Of a stretch of DNA of 64,000 bases, positions 31,927 through 40,703 are shown piece by piece. This stretch comes from an uncultured Cytophagia bacterium (lineage in GTDB: Bacteria; Zhuqueibacterota; Zhuqueibacteria; Residuimicrobiales; Krinioviventaceae). The notes beneath the pieces are model-generated. The model was not told the origin of the DNA and made no database searches. It was given only the letters and a program-made list of their open reading frames with translations. Each line of letters begins with the position of its first letter. The stretch's first letter is position 1. The stretch covers positions 77,440 to 141,439 of the forward strand of contig CAYNSO010000002.1 of NCBI GenBank assembly GCA_964399735.1, read 5' to 3'. The translations under genes and the position numbers were made by a program.

Positions 31927-34008
31927 GTGAAAGAATTTAGTCCTAAAGAAATCCGTAACATTGCACTTGTATCACATCAATCTGCCGGGAAAACAACTCT
32001 GGCAGAAGCTTTTGTATTTTCTGCCGGAGAAACCACCCGTCTTGGCACAATAGATGAAGGCACCACGACTTCTGATTTCCGGTCTGATGAAATTGAACGT
32101 AAAATATCTATCAGCGCCTCATTGTTGAATTTTGAGTGGAAAAAATCAAAAATTAATCTTGTTGATATTCCAGGTTATTTAGATTTTTTTGGTGAAGTGA
32201 TTAGCGGTTTACGGGTTAGCGATTTGGCGGTAGTTTTAATAAACGGTGTATCTGGAATTGAAGTAGGAACTGATTTTGCCTGGGATATTCTGGAAAAAGA
32301 TAAAATTCCCGCAATTATTTTTGTCAATTTTTTAAATAAAGAACATACCAGCTTTGAAAAATCAGTCAAGTCAGCCAAAGAAGCCTATGGCAATAATGTT
32401 ATCACATTCCAGTTCCCTGTTACCGAAGGTGAAGGTTTTAAAAGTATCATCGATTTACTACGTATGAAAAAAATTACATTCAACACCGACCAAAGCGGTA
32501 AATACACCCAGGAAGATATTCCTGCTGACTTGCAACAAAAAGCCGAAACTTTACGCAATGAATTGATTGAAAAAGTTGCTGAATGCGACGACGCGCTTTT
32601 GGAAAAATATTTTTCAGATGGTGAGTTGTCCGAGGATGAAATTGTTCTTGGTATCAAAAAGGGCTTGTTGAACAGAAACATTTTCCCGGTCTTTTGCGGC
32701 GCCGCCAATCAGAACATTGGTTCTCATTTGTTGCTTGATTTTATTGCCGATTTTGGCCCCTCACCGGTAGATCGTTCACCGATTGCGGCTTTTGATAAAG
32801 AAAACAAAGAAACGAATGTCAATGTTGATGAAGAAGAGCCTTTTACTGCGCTAGTTTTCAAAACAATCTCTGAAATGCATGTTGGCGAACTATCACTCAT
32901 CAAGGTTTATTCCGGCAGCGTCAAGTCAGGTGATGAAGTTTTCAATACAGCAAACAACTCTACAGAAAAAATTGGTCAGATCTATTCATTAAACGGCAAA
33001 AATCGCAAGGAGATTGGTGTTTTAAAAACCGGTGATATTGGCGCCCTGGTGAAATTGAGAAATACACATACCAGCAACACCTTGACAGATAAAAGAAATC
33101 CTGTAAAATTTGCTGAAATTGAATTCCCCGAACCGGTTGTAGAAATTGCCGTTACCCCGAAAAGCAAAGGGGATGAAGATAAAATATCCAGCGGCTTACA
33201 TACCTTGCATGAGATTGACCCCAGCTTTACTGTACGTATCGATCCGGAACTGAAACAAACAGTTGTTGCCGGTCAGGGTGAAATGCACCTGACGATTATT
33301 CTTAAAAGATTAAAAGAACGCTATTCAGTAGATGTTGAACAAAAGAAACCAAAAATTCCCTATCGCGAAACAATTACCGCAAAAGCTGATGAGAAATACC
33401 GCCATAAAAAACAATCTGGTGGCGCCGGTCAGTTTGCTGAAGTATGGATGAGAATAGAACCCCAGCCGCGTGGTCAGGGCTTTGAATTTGCCAGCGCAGT
33501 TGTTGGTGGAGCAATCTCTTCATCATTCATCCCTTCAATTGAAAAAGGAGTACAGCAGGTTTTGGTAGAAGGCGCTGTAGCGGGCTATAAAATTGTCGAT
33601 GTAAAAGCCGTGGTGTATGACGGTAAAGAGCACCCGGTCGATTCAAAAGATATTGCTTTCCAGATTGCAGGTCGTGAAGTCTTTAAAATGGCCATGAAAA
33701 GCGCAAAACCCATTCTACTCGAACCCATTTATAACGTAGAAATTCGTTGCCCGGAAGAATATATGGGCGATGTTATGGGCGATCTCTCCAGCCGGCGTGG
33801 TAAAATATCAGGAATGGAAATGCTAGGCCGGTTCCAGGTTGTCAAGGCCCAGGTTCCTTTGGCTGAATTGCATAATTATGCAACAACATTGCGATCACTA
33901 ACCCAGGGACGAGCAACCCATTCCCGTCGGTTATCGCATTATGATCCACTACCCAAAGAACTGGAATCCAAGGTTATTGAGGAATCGCTGGAAGAAAACA
34001 ATAAATAA
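31927..34008 (+). CDS. elongation factor G paralog with degenerate GTPase motifs
   Basis: 693 aa with a GTG start preceded by GGAGG. Collinear with EF-G domains I-V. G1 is SHQSAGKTT. G3 is DIPGYLDF (canonical DTPGHVDF; the catalytic His is Tyr). G4 is FVNFLNKEH (canonical FVNKMDR; NKxD is lost). The C-terminal domains are well conserved (HKKQSGGAGQFAEV, LLEPIYNVEI). Confidence 0.85.
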   Translation: MKEFSPKEIRNIALVSHQSAGKTTLAEAFVFSAGETTRLGTIDEGTTTSDFRSDEIERKISISASLLNFEWKKSKINLVDIPGYLDFFGEVISGLRVSDLAVVLINGVSGIEVGTDFAWDILEKDKIPAIIFVNFLNKEHTSFEKSVKSAKEAYGNNVITFQFPVTEGEGFKSIIDLLRMKKITFNTDQSGKYTQEDIPADLQQKAETLRNELIEKVAECDDALLEKYFSDGELSEDEIVLGIKKGLLNRNIFPVFCGAANQNIGSHLLLDFIADFGPSPVDRSPIAAFDKENKETNVNVDEEEPFTALVFKTISEMHVGELSLIKVYSGSVKSGDEVFNTANNSTEKIGQIYSLNGKNRKEIGVLKTGDIGALVKLRNTHTSNTLTDKRNPVKFAEIEFPEPVVEIAVTPKSKGDEDKISSGLHTLHEIDPSFTVRIDPELKQTVVAGQGEMHLTIILKRLKERYSVDVEQKKPKIPYRETITAKADEKYRHKKQSGGAGQFAEVWMRIEPQPRGQGFEFASAVVGGAISSSFIPSIEKGVQQVLVEGAVAGYKIVDVKAVVYDGKEHPVDSKDIAFQIAGREVFKMAMKSAKPILLEPIYNVEIRCPEEYMGDVMGDLSSRRGKISGMEMLGRFQVVKAQVPLAELHNYATTLRSLTQGRATHSRRLSHYDPLPKELESKVIEESLEENNK

Positions 34009-34029
34009 ATCAACTTATTGTACAAGTAA

Positions 34030-34056
34030 AAGGCACGGTAAAACCGTGCCTTTTTT
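34030..34056 (+). terminator. rho-independent terminator after EF-G paralog
   Basis: Hairpin AAGGCACGG-TAAAA-CCGTGCC followed by TTTTTT. Confidence 0.75.
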
Positions 34057-34124
34057 ATAAAACAGTTATTCCATTAAATGAACAGATGACAAATTACTAA
34101 TAATAAGGGAGCAGGAGACAACAC

Positions 34125-34622
34125 GTGGAAAAAATATGGGCGCCCTGGCGGATCGACTATATATTACAGCCAAAACCCAAGGGCTGCATTTTTTGCGATA
34201 AACCCAAAGAAAACAATGACAGACAAAATCTGATTTTATACCGCGGTTCGTTATGTTTTATCATTATGAATTTTTATCCGTATAATAACGGGCATATCAT
34301 GATAATCCCCTATCGTCATCTTTCTCAATTATCATTGCTGACAACTGAAGAACAAACCGAAATGATGAAACTTTTGGGAAGTAGCTGTACAATTCTGCAA
34401 AAAGTAATGTCGCCCGATGGTTTTAATATCGGTATGAATTTGGGTAAGGTTGCCGGTGCAGGCATTGATGACCACCTGCACTTTCACATAGTGCCGCGTT
34501 GGAATGGCGATACCAATTTTATGCCGGTAACCGGACATACCAAAGTTATATCACAGGGATTATACGAATCCTGGGATCAATTGCACCCGTTATTTCAAGA
34601 AATGAATGATCCCAACCGCTAA
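34125..34622 (+). CDS. HIT-family (histidine triad) nucleotide hydrolase/transferase
   Basis: 165 aa with a GTG start preceded by GGAG. N-terminal WAPWRIDYI with a CIFCD zinc-knuckle-like motif, and the HIT motif HLHFHIVPR. Confidence 0.8.
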   Translation: MEKIWAPWRIDYILQPKPKGCIFCDKPKENNDRQNLILYRGSLCFIIMNFYPYNNGHIMIIPYRHLSQLSLLTTEEQTEMMKLLGSSCTILQKVMSPDGFNIGMNLGKVAGAGIDDHLHFHIVPRWNGDTNFMPVTGHTKVISQGLYESWDQLHPLFQEMNDPNR

Positions 34623-34628
34623 ACGCAT

Positions 34629-35408
34629 TTACCTTTCTTCAGCCTTTACACGATCCCACACTTGATCCATTTCTGCCAGAGACGCTTGCGTCATCACCAC
34701 TCCCCTGTTTTTAAAATCTTGCTCAACTTTTCTAAAACGCCGGTCAAACTTGTTGATTGTTTTTCGCAGCGCGTCTTCAGGATTGACCTTTAAAAAGCGG
34801 GCAAGATTTACAATCGTAAATAATAAATCTCCCAATTCGTCTTCTATTTCATCCTGTTTTCCCTGTTTACAGGCATTTTTCAGTTCGTCCATCTCTTCAT
34901 TAACTTTATCCCATACCGGTTCAATACTGTTCCAGTCAAACCCGGCAGTTGCAGCTTTATTTTGTGTCCGGTAAGCTCTCACCAAAGCCGGTAGTTGCCG
35001 GGGAACGCCGTCTATTGCTGATTTTTTACCCTCTTTATTGATTTTAGTCTGTTCCCAGAGGATGATCTGCTCAGCTGCTGTTTCTACAACCAGATTACCA
35101 AAAACATGTGGATGACGGCGAATCAGCTTTTCATTAATTTGATCGAGCACCGTTCCAATGTCAAAGCGGTTATCTTCTGCAGCTACTTGTGCATGAAAAA
35201 TGACCTGTAATAATAAATCACCCAATTCCTCCGGTAATTTTTCATAATGCTCATCATCAATAGTTTCTATAACCTCATAAGCCTCTTCAAGCAAATGCTG
35301 ACGTAAGGATGAATGGGTCTGTTCCCTGTCCCAGGGACAACCTTGCGGGCTACGCAAAGTTGCCATTATCTCTACCAGCTTGCAAAATTTTGATTCCACA
35401 GATTCCAA
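34629..35408 (-). CDS. mazG: nucleoside triphosphate pyrophosphohydrolase
   Basis: 259 aa with two MazG domains: RSPQGCPWDREQTHSSL...EEAYEV...EELGDLLLQV, and a second EEMDEL...ELGDLLFTIVNLARF. Confidence 0.88.
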   Translation of the reverse strand: MESVESKFCKLVEIMATLRSPQGCPWDREQTHSSLRQHLLEEAYEVIETIDDEHYEKLPEELGDLLLQVIFHAQVAAEDNRFDIGTVLDQINEKLIRRHPHVFGNLVVETAAEQIILWEQTKINKEGKKSAIDGVPRQLPALVRAYRTQNKAATAGFDWNSIEPVWDKVNEEMDELKNACKQGKQDEIEDELGDLLFTIVNLARFLKVNPEDALRKTINKFDRRFRKVEQDFKNRGVVMTQASLAEMDQVWDRVKAEER

Positions 35409-35690
35409 CAGGCAATCCTCTCCGTTAATGATCTACAAATTCTAAATTATAATATCAAAAAAATTGATACAAAGTTAGGAAAAATACCGGCCAAAATCAA
35501 CCTGAGAATTAATGGCAATAATCTGCATCCATTCCTTTTAGCAAGTATTAGTTTATATAATAAATTTCTTGATTCTTTATCACATTTTGGTTATGTTAAT
35601 AAAAAATTTCAACATTTGTCCAGCAAATTTTATCAATTTGTTGTATATATAAAATAATAGCATGTTAGCAGCAAATATTGGAAAAAGAGT

Positions 35691-35942
35691 ATGAAACCAG
35701 CTGAACCGCGACAATTTAATTACCAGTTTCGCTATTATAAACCGGACGATGAAGACCAAAAAAAAATACAATTTCGTCGCATACGAAAAAGCAATCCGCC
35801 CCAAAAAGTATCTTCATTACGAATTACAGTGATACTGGTGATTGTTGTTGTTATCGCATTTTTATTATTTCGTAAAGCTCCTGATTTCTTTACCCCCTCC
35901 CAGGATAACGTGACTTTGGAAGAAATCCAGGTGGTGGAATAG
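35691..35942 (+). CDS. hypothetical small single-pass membrane protein
   Basis: 83 aa. Basic N-terminus, one transmembrane helix (ITVILVIVVVIAFLLF) and a weak RBS. Sits immediately upstream of, and co-directional with, the adenylate cyclase gene. Confidence 0.4.
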   Translation: MKPAEPRQFNYQFRYYKPDDEDQKKIQFRRIRKSNPPQKVSSLRITVILVIVVVIAFLLFRKAPDFFTPSQDNVTLEEIQVVE

Positions 35943-35998
35943 ATTCTTTACGCACTCGTCATAAAAAAGTTGCTATTAAATAATCTTAATATTCTGTA

Positions 35999-37474
35999 TT
36001 GCCCGGGAAGTTATCCAAAATGTGGTCTAACCTGAGTAAAAAATATTTTCAGTTGAAATGGAAATTTGCTTCATTGCGAATACGCTTTAAACTGATTATT
36101 ATTATTGGTTTGTTATTTATTGGACTCTATACGATTCTGAGTTTTATCATCCTTTACCAGGGCAAACAAATTCTAAATAAACGACTGGAACAGACCTGTG
36201 ATCTATCCTTGCAACATCTTTCACAAATTATCAAAGATGACCTGTTGTTATATTATGACCATGAAACAGATCAGGATGTTAATTCGGAACACCTGGGGCA
36301 TATTCGTGAAGCAATATTCAATATTTCCAATGAAAAAATTGAAGGCCTTGAATATGCCGGAATCATTGACCGGAATGGTATGTTCCTTGCCTTTATGGAC
36401 ACTGAAAAAAAACTGCAAACCCCTGATACTGCCGAACCAAATAAAGATCTGTATGAAAACCTGACGGAAAAACAAACCCGCGAAATAGATGATATAATAG
36501 AATACATCCTGCCAATCACTGCAAAAGGCGCTGCCAACAATCAAATTTATCTTGGCGTTACAGTGTTGGGATTTTCAAAAGAAATAATTATGCAGCCCAT
36601 TAAACAAGCCACGCAAATGTTGATTATTCTATCTGTTTTTGTAATCGTTATTTCCGTAGGTGCAATTTCTTTTGTTGCCCAAAGGATGACTCGGCAAATT
36701 GACCAACTTTCCCTGGCGGTTCGCAAGTTGAGCAAAGGCGAACTGGACGTAGACATTCCAATTCTGTCTAATGATGAACTGGGGCAATTTTCACGGGAAT
36801 TTAATACAATGATCACCCATTTGCGTGAAAAACTGCAAATGCAAAAATTTATATCCAAACTCACTGTCCAAATGATCCGTAATGGCTCTATTGCCGAGTT
36901 ACCCCCGGAAGGAGAAAAAAGGCAGGTAGCAATTGTTTTTACCGATGTACGGAATTTTACTTTATTGACCGAACGACTGGGAGCAGAAGAAATTGTAAAA
37001 TTAATCAACATATATCATGATTTACAGGCAGATATAATCGACCAACATAATGGTTTTGTTGACAAATTCAATGGCGACCAGGTTATGTCGATATTTATCG
37101 GCAAATCACTTGCCGATGATGCAGTACAGGCTGCGGTAGAGATCCAGAAATCAATAAAATTACTAAATAAAAAAAGAGCGGCGGAAGGTAAAGTAACCCT
37201 GACAGTCGGTTGCGGAGTGAATATTGGCGAAGCAATATTGGGAAAAATGGGCGCTAAATCACGGTTGGATTATACAGTAATTGGTGATGTGGTTAATGTT
37301 GCCTCCCGTTTGTGTTCAATTGCCAAACCCGGCCAAATTCTGGCCTCTGAATTAATCGCTTCAAAAATTAATAATGATTATCCCAAAATCAAACTGGAAC
37401 CGGTAATCGTTAAAGGGAAAAGAGACCCGATTTCAATTGTTGACATTGATTATGAACAAGTATTTATTATGTAA
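35999..37474 (+). CDS. membrane-bound class III adenylate/guanylate cyclase with periplasmic sensor and HAMP domain
   Basis: Two transmembrane helices flank a ~150-aa extracytoplasmic region. HAMP segment (QIDQLSLAVRKLSKGELD...). Cyclase homology domain: VAIVFTDVRNFTLLTERLG...KFNGDQVMSIF...TVIGDVVNVASRL. Confidence 0.85.
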   Translation: MPGKLSKMWSNLSKKYFQLKWKFASLRIRFKLIIIIGLLFIGLYTILSFIILYQGKQILNKRLEQTCDLSLQHLSQIIKDDLLLYYDHETDQDVNSEHLGHIREAIFNISNEKIEGLEYAGIIDRNGMFLAFMDTEKKLQTPDTAEPNKDLYENLTEKQTREIDDIIEYILPITAKGAANNQIYLGVTVLGFSKEIIMQPIKQATQMLIILSVFVIVISVGAISFVAQRMTRQIDQLSLAVRKLSKGELDVDIPILSNDELGQFSREFNTMITHLREKLQMQKFISKLTVQMIRNGSIAELPPEGEKRQVAIVFTDVRNFTLLTERLGAEEIVKLINIYHDLQADIIDQHNGFVDKFNGDQVMSIFIGKSLADDAVQAAVEIQKSIKLLNKKRAAEGKVTLTVGCGVNIGEAILGKMGAKSRLDYTVIGDVVNVASRLCSIAKPGQILASELIASKINNDYPKIKLEPVIVKGKRDPISIVDIDYEQVFIM

Positions 37475-37495
37475 AACGAAAGGCTGTATAAACAA

Positions 37496-39757
37496 ATGAA
37501 AATCAGGTTCTACAGCCTTTTGCTTATGTGGTTTGCAGCACATTCCATACTCCATGCCCAGCAGGAACTGGTATCTTTCTCGCCAGGTGCAAAATCGATT
37601 GGTTTGGGTAGAACCGGCGTGATAGATGTATATGACCCATCTGCACTCTATTGGAATCCGGCGGCTCTTGGAAATATTAATAAACACCAAACTCTATTTT
37701 CAATTCACCAGCCCTTTCATTTAAATTATTCCGCCTATTCTCATTTCATACCCAAAGTAGGTTCTCTGGCAATGAGTATGGCACAAACAGATATGGGCAA
37801 AGCAGGGATTGAGTTGTACAGCGTTGGTTTGGGGAAAAGACTGAATGAGTATCTTTATGCCGGTTTTGCATTCAACAATGTAATACTGGAATCTGAAAAC
37901 TGGGTAACAAGCGGCATTGGTCTTTTGATCAAACCTGAATCAACCGCATATTACCGTCATAACCCTTCAAGTTTACCGGGCTTGTTGGGGTCTCCCCTGA
38001 TTCGTGATCGCCTGACCCTGGGAATAAGCATTCAAAATATTCCCCTTACAGATACTTATTACGACCATGTGAGCAGGTTTGGCGCTTCTTACACATTTAC
38101 CAAGGATGGCTTTAAAATCCTCTTTGCTCAACACATAAAAAGAGGCAACGATTCTTCTCACCTTGGTTTGGTAATTCCAGTTCACAAGAATTTTCAATTC
38201 TTTGCCGGTATCAAGGATTATCTATTTAACAAAACAGCAATGGGAACAGAGATAACCTTTAATAATATTAACCTGCATTTTGTTTATGATTATGACTTGA
38301 AGCGAATTCTTTTTTCAACAGCCATTCGGCTTGGCTCAGCCGGAATAACTCTTGCAGAAGAAGAATATGCGCGCGCACAGAAAAAGTACACCGAGGGCGA
38401 TCAGCAAAAAGCCTTACAATTCAGCAAACGGTCGCTGGAATATAATCGCGACCATAACAAAGCCGCGGAAATGGTAACCAGCCTTGAACCGGTTATTGAA
38501 CAGAACAGAAAAAAAATTAACTTACTAATAAAAGCCGGTAAAATCCTGGAATCCAGAGAGTACTATATCAGCGCAGCCACTCAATATATGCAGGTTTTAA
38601 AAACAGACCCGGACAACAAAACCGCGCAAATTGCTTTAAACAGAATCAGCCCCAGGGTTACAATTCATACTGAACGCCGTTACAACCTCGGAGTTAACAG
38701 TTTTGAAAATAACGATCTGATCAGTGCAAAAAACATTTTTGAATCCATCCTGCTGGTAAGGCCTGACCACTCCGGTTCAAAACAATACCTGGCAAGAATT
38801 AACGACCTGTTATTTTCCCAGGCGGAAAATCATTTTTTTACCGGTCTTGGTTATTACAGCCAGAGAAAACTGGACGAAGCGGAAAAAGAGTTTCAAAATT
38901 CATTAGAGCTAATGCCGAGCTATTTTGAATCCCGCGAATACCTGAATCGGATAGCTGAAGACAGAATTAATAACTTGAAACGGATCGAACGGCTGCTGGA
39001 TGAAGCCAATAGTCTTGAAGAAAAAAAATCATGGTATTTGGCGCGGGAAAGATACCGGCAAATTCTGGAAATCGATCCGACCCACAACCTGGCGCAAAAA
39101 AAACTGGGCGAAATGGAAATCGTGCTAACGGATTATATAAATGAGCAGCTTATAAAAGGCGAATCACTCTATAATAGTCAGAACTATAATGCTGCACAAA
39201 ATATTTTTACCAATATTCTGCAAATGCAGCCGGGTAATGCCAGGGCAACACGTTATTTATCATTAATCACGGAAAAAAGCAGTGGTAAATCAACAAAGCA
39301 CTATGAAAATGCTCAAAATTTATATAACCAGGAGAACTGGAAAGCCTCACTGGCCGCAATTGATTCCGCTTTAAAAATAAATCCGCGTTTTGCTAAAGCC
39401 ATACAACTAAAAAATAAGCTGCTAAAAATGCTCAATGTGGAACAAATGCTGGAAAATGCTAAAAGTGAATTTGTCCAGGAAAACTATATTCAGGCAATGG
39501 AGCATTTTAACCAGGTTTTAGAAAAGGATCCGCAAAACAACCAGGCTTTAAATTACCTGGACCAATGTCAAAAAAAACTATCGGAAAAAGTGGACGAATA
39601 CTTTAACAAGGGTCTTGAATTATATTCCAGAGAAAATTATCGCTTGGCAATTCAATACTGGCAAAAAGCTCTGGAAATCAATCCCTATCACAAAGGTTCC
39701 ATTGAATACAGTAAAAGAGCTACGGAACGCTTAAAAGCATTGGAAAGGTTGCAATAA
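37496..39757 (+). CDS. outer-membrane beta-barrel (PorV/PorQ-like N-domain) fused to C-terminal TPR-repeat region
   Basis: 753 aa. Signal peptide ending HAQQ. SPGAKSIGLGRTGVIDVYDPSALYWNPAALG shares the signature of the 3098-4195 protein. Roughly residues 280-753 are TPR/Sel1-like helical repeats. Confidence 0.7.
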   Translation: MKIRFYSLLLMWFAAHSILHAQQELVSFSPGAKSIGLGRTGVIDVYDPSALYWNPAALGNINKHQTLFSIHQPFHLNYSAYSHFIPKVGSLAMSMAQTDMGKAGIELYSVGLGKRLNEYLYAGFAFNNVILESENWVTSGIGLLIKPESTAYYRHNPSSLPGLLGSPLIRDRLTLGISIQNIPLTDTYYDHVSRFGASYTFTKDGFKILFAQHIKRGNDSSHLGLVIPVHKNFQFFAGIKDYLFNKTAMGTEITFNNINLHFVYDYDLKRILFSTAIRLGSAGITLAEEEYARAQKKYTEGDQQKALQFSKRSLEYNRDHNKAAEMVTSLEPVIEQNRKKINLLIKAGKILESREYYISAATQYMQVLKTDPDNKTAQIALNRISPRVTIHTERRYNLGVNSFENNDLISAKNIFESILLVRPDHSGSKQYLARINDLLFSQAENHFFTGLGYYSQRKLDEAEKEFQNSLELMPSYFESREYLNRIAEDRINNLKRIERLLDEANSLEEKKSWYLARERYRQILEIDPTHNLAQKKLGEMEIVLTDYINEQLIKGESLYNSQNYNAAQNIFTNILQMQPGNARATRYLSLITEKSSGKSTKHYENAQNLYNQENWKASLAAIDSALKINPRFAKAIQLKNKLLKMLNVEQMLENAKSEFVQENYIQAMEHFNQVLEKDPQNNQALNYLDQCQKKLSEKVDEYFNKGLELYSRENYRLAIQYWQKALEINPYHKGSIEYSKRATERLKALERLQ

Positions 39758-39939
39758 GCAAAATTTTAATAATTGCTAAAAAGAATTAACTGCTTCCGAT
39801 AACAATATTTTAAAAAATGTAATATTTATTGTTGATTCTTGTTTCCGGTCTTATTATTTTAAAAAAAGCTGGAACTTGTTAAACAGTACAGCGATTAAAA
39901 TAATAAATCCCTGCCGGAAAATGTAGCTGCCGGAATGAA

Positions 39940-40692
39940 ATGTCTGCAAAAATCAGTGATACTGCCATAAGAAAAATAGCAGCCGCAAAACGGATTGGTG
40001 TTTTAACAGGAGCCGGCATTTCTGCGGAAAGCGGAATACCAACATTTCGTGGTGATGATGGACTGTGGCAGCAGGTAAAACCGGAAGAATTAGCCAGCCC
40101 GGAGGGATTCTATAAAAATCCGCATTTGGTGTGGCAATGGTATGAATATCGGCGCAAAATGCTGAGTAAAGTGCAACCCAATGCCGGTCATTTGGTATTG
40201 GCTGAAATGGAAAAAAGCTATCCCGCTTTTACCATCAGCACACAAAATGTCGATGGCCTGCATATTCGCGCCGGCAGCAAGAATGTACTGGAATTGCATG
40301 GTAACATACTGGAAAACCGCTGTCAACACTGCCATAAAATAACTGCGGATGTTCATTATCAGGCTGGAGCAGAATTGCCGCAATGTGAATGTGGCGGATT
40401 AATTCGTCCGAATGTGGTATGGTTTGGTGAATCATTACCTAAAGAGTCGCTGGAACAATCTTTCACCATAGCGCGACAGTCAGATGTATATTTTTCAATA
40501 GGCACTTCAGCGTTGGTTTATCCGGCAGCTTTGTTGCCCCGTGAAGCCAGGCAGCATGGCGCTTATGTTATTGAGATCAACATCGAACAGACATCGCTAT
40601 CCAACTTTGTTGATGAATTCATTCCCGGAAAATCCGGGCAAGTGTTGCCGGTTTTATGGAATTCTGTAAAATCATTTATTAAAGAAAAGTAA
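39940..40692 (+). CDS. cobB: NAD-dependent protein deacylase (Sir2 family)
   Basis: 250 aa. GAGISAESGIPTFRG. Zn-ribbon CQHC...CECGG. The HG catalytic motif is ELHGN. Confidence 0.88.
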   Translation: MSAKISDTAIRKIAAAKRIGVLTGAGISAESGIPTFRGDDGLWQQVKPEELASPEGFYKNPHLVWQWYEYRRKMLSKVQPNAGHLVLAEMEKSYPAFTISTQNVDGLHIRAGSKNVLELHGNILENRCQHCHKITADVHYQAGAELPQCECGGLIRPNVVWFGESLPKESLEQSFTIARQSDVYFSIGTSALVYPAALLPREARQHGAYVIEINIEQTSLSNFVDEFIPGKSGQVLPVLWNSVKSFIKEK

Positions 40693-40703
40693 CTAGAACC
40701 CGT

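Noticed and set aside
36547-37011. 154-aa and other minus-strand ORFs (36248-36544, 36271-36540)
   Set aside because: They are antisense within the well-supported adenylate cyclase gene. Their translations are Ser/Ile-rich low-complexity sequence.
39940-40692. Sir2-domain protein as a possible defence (Thoeris/DSR-like) effector
   Set aside because: It has the Zn-ribbon cysteines, the GAGISAESGIPTFRG motif, and the size (250 aa) of housekeeping CobB deacylases. It carries no fused sensor domains, and there are no neighbouring defence genes.
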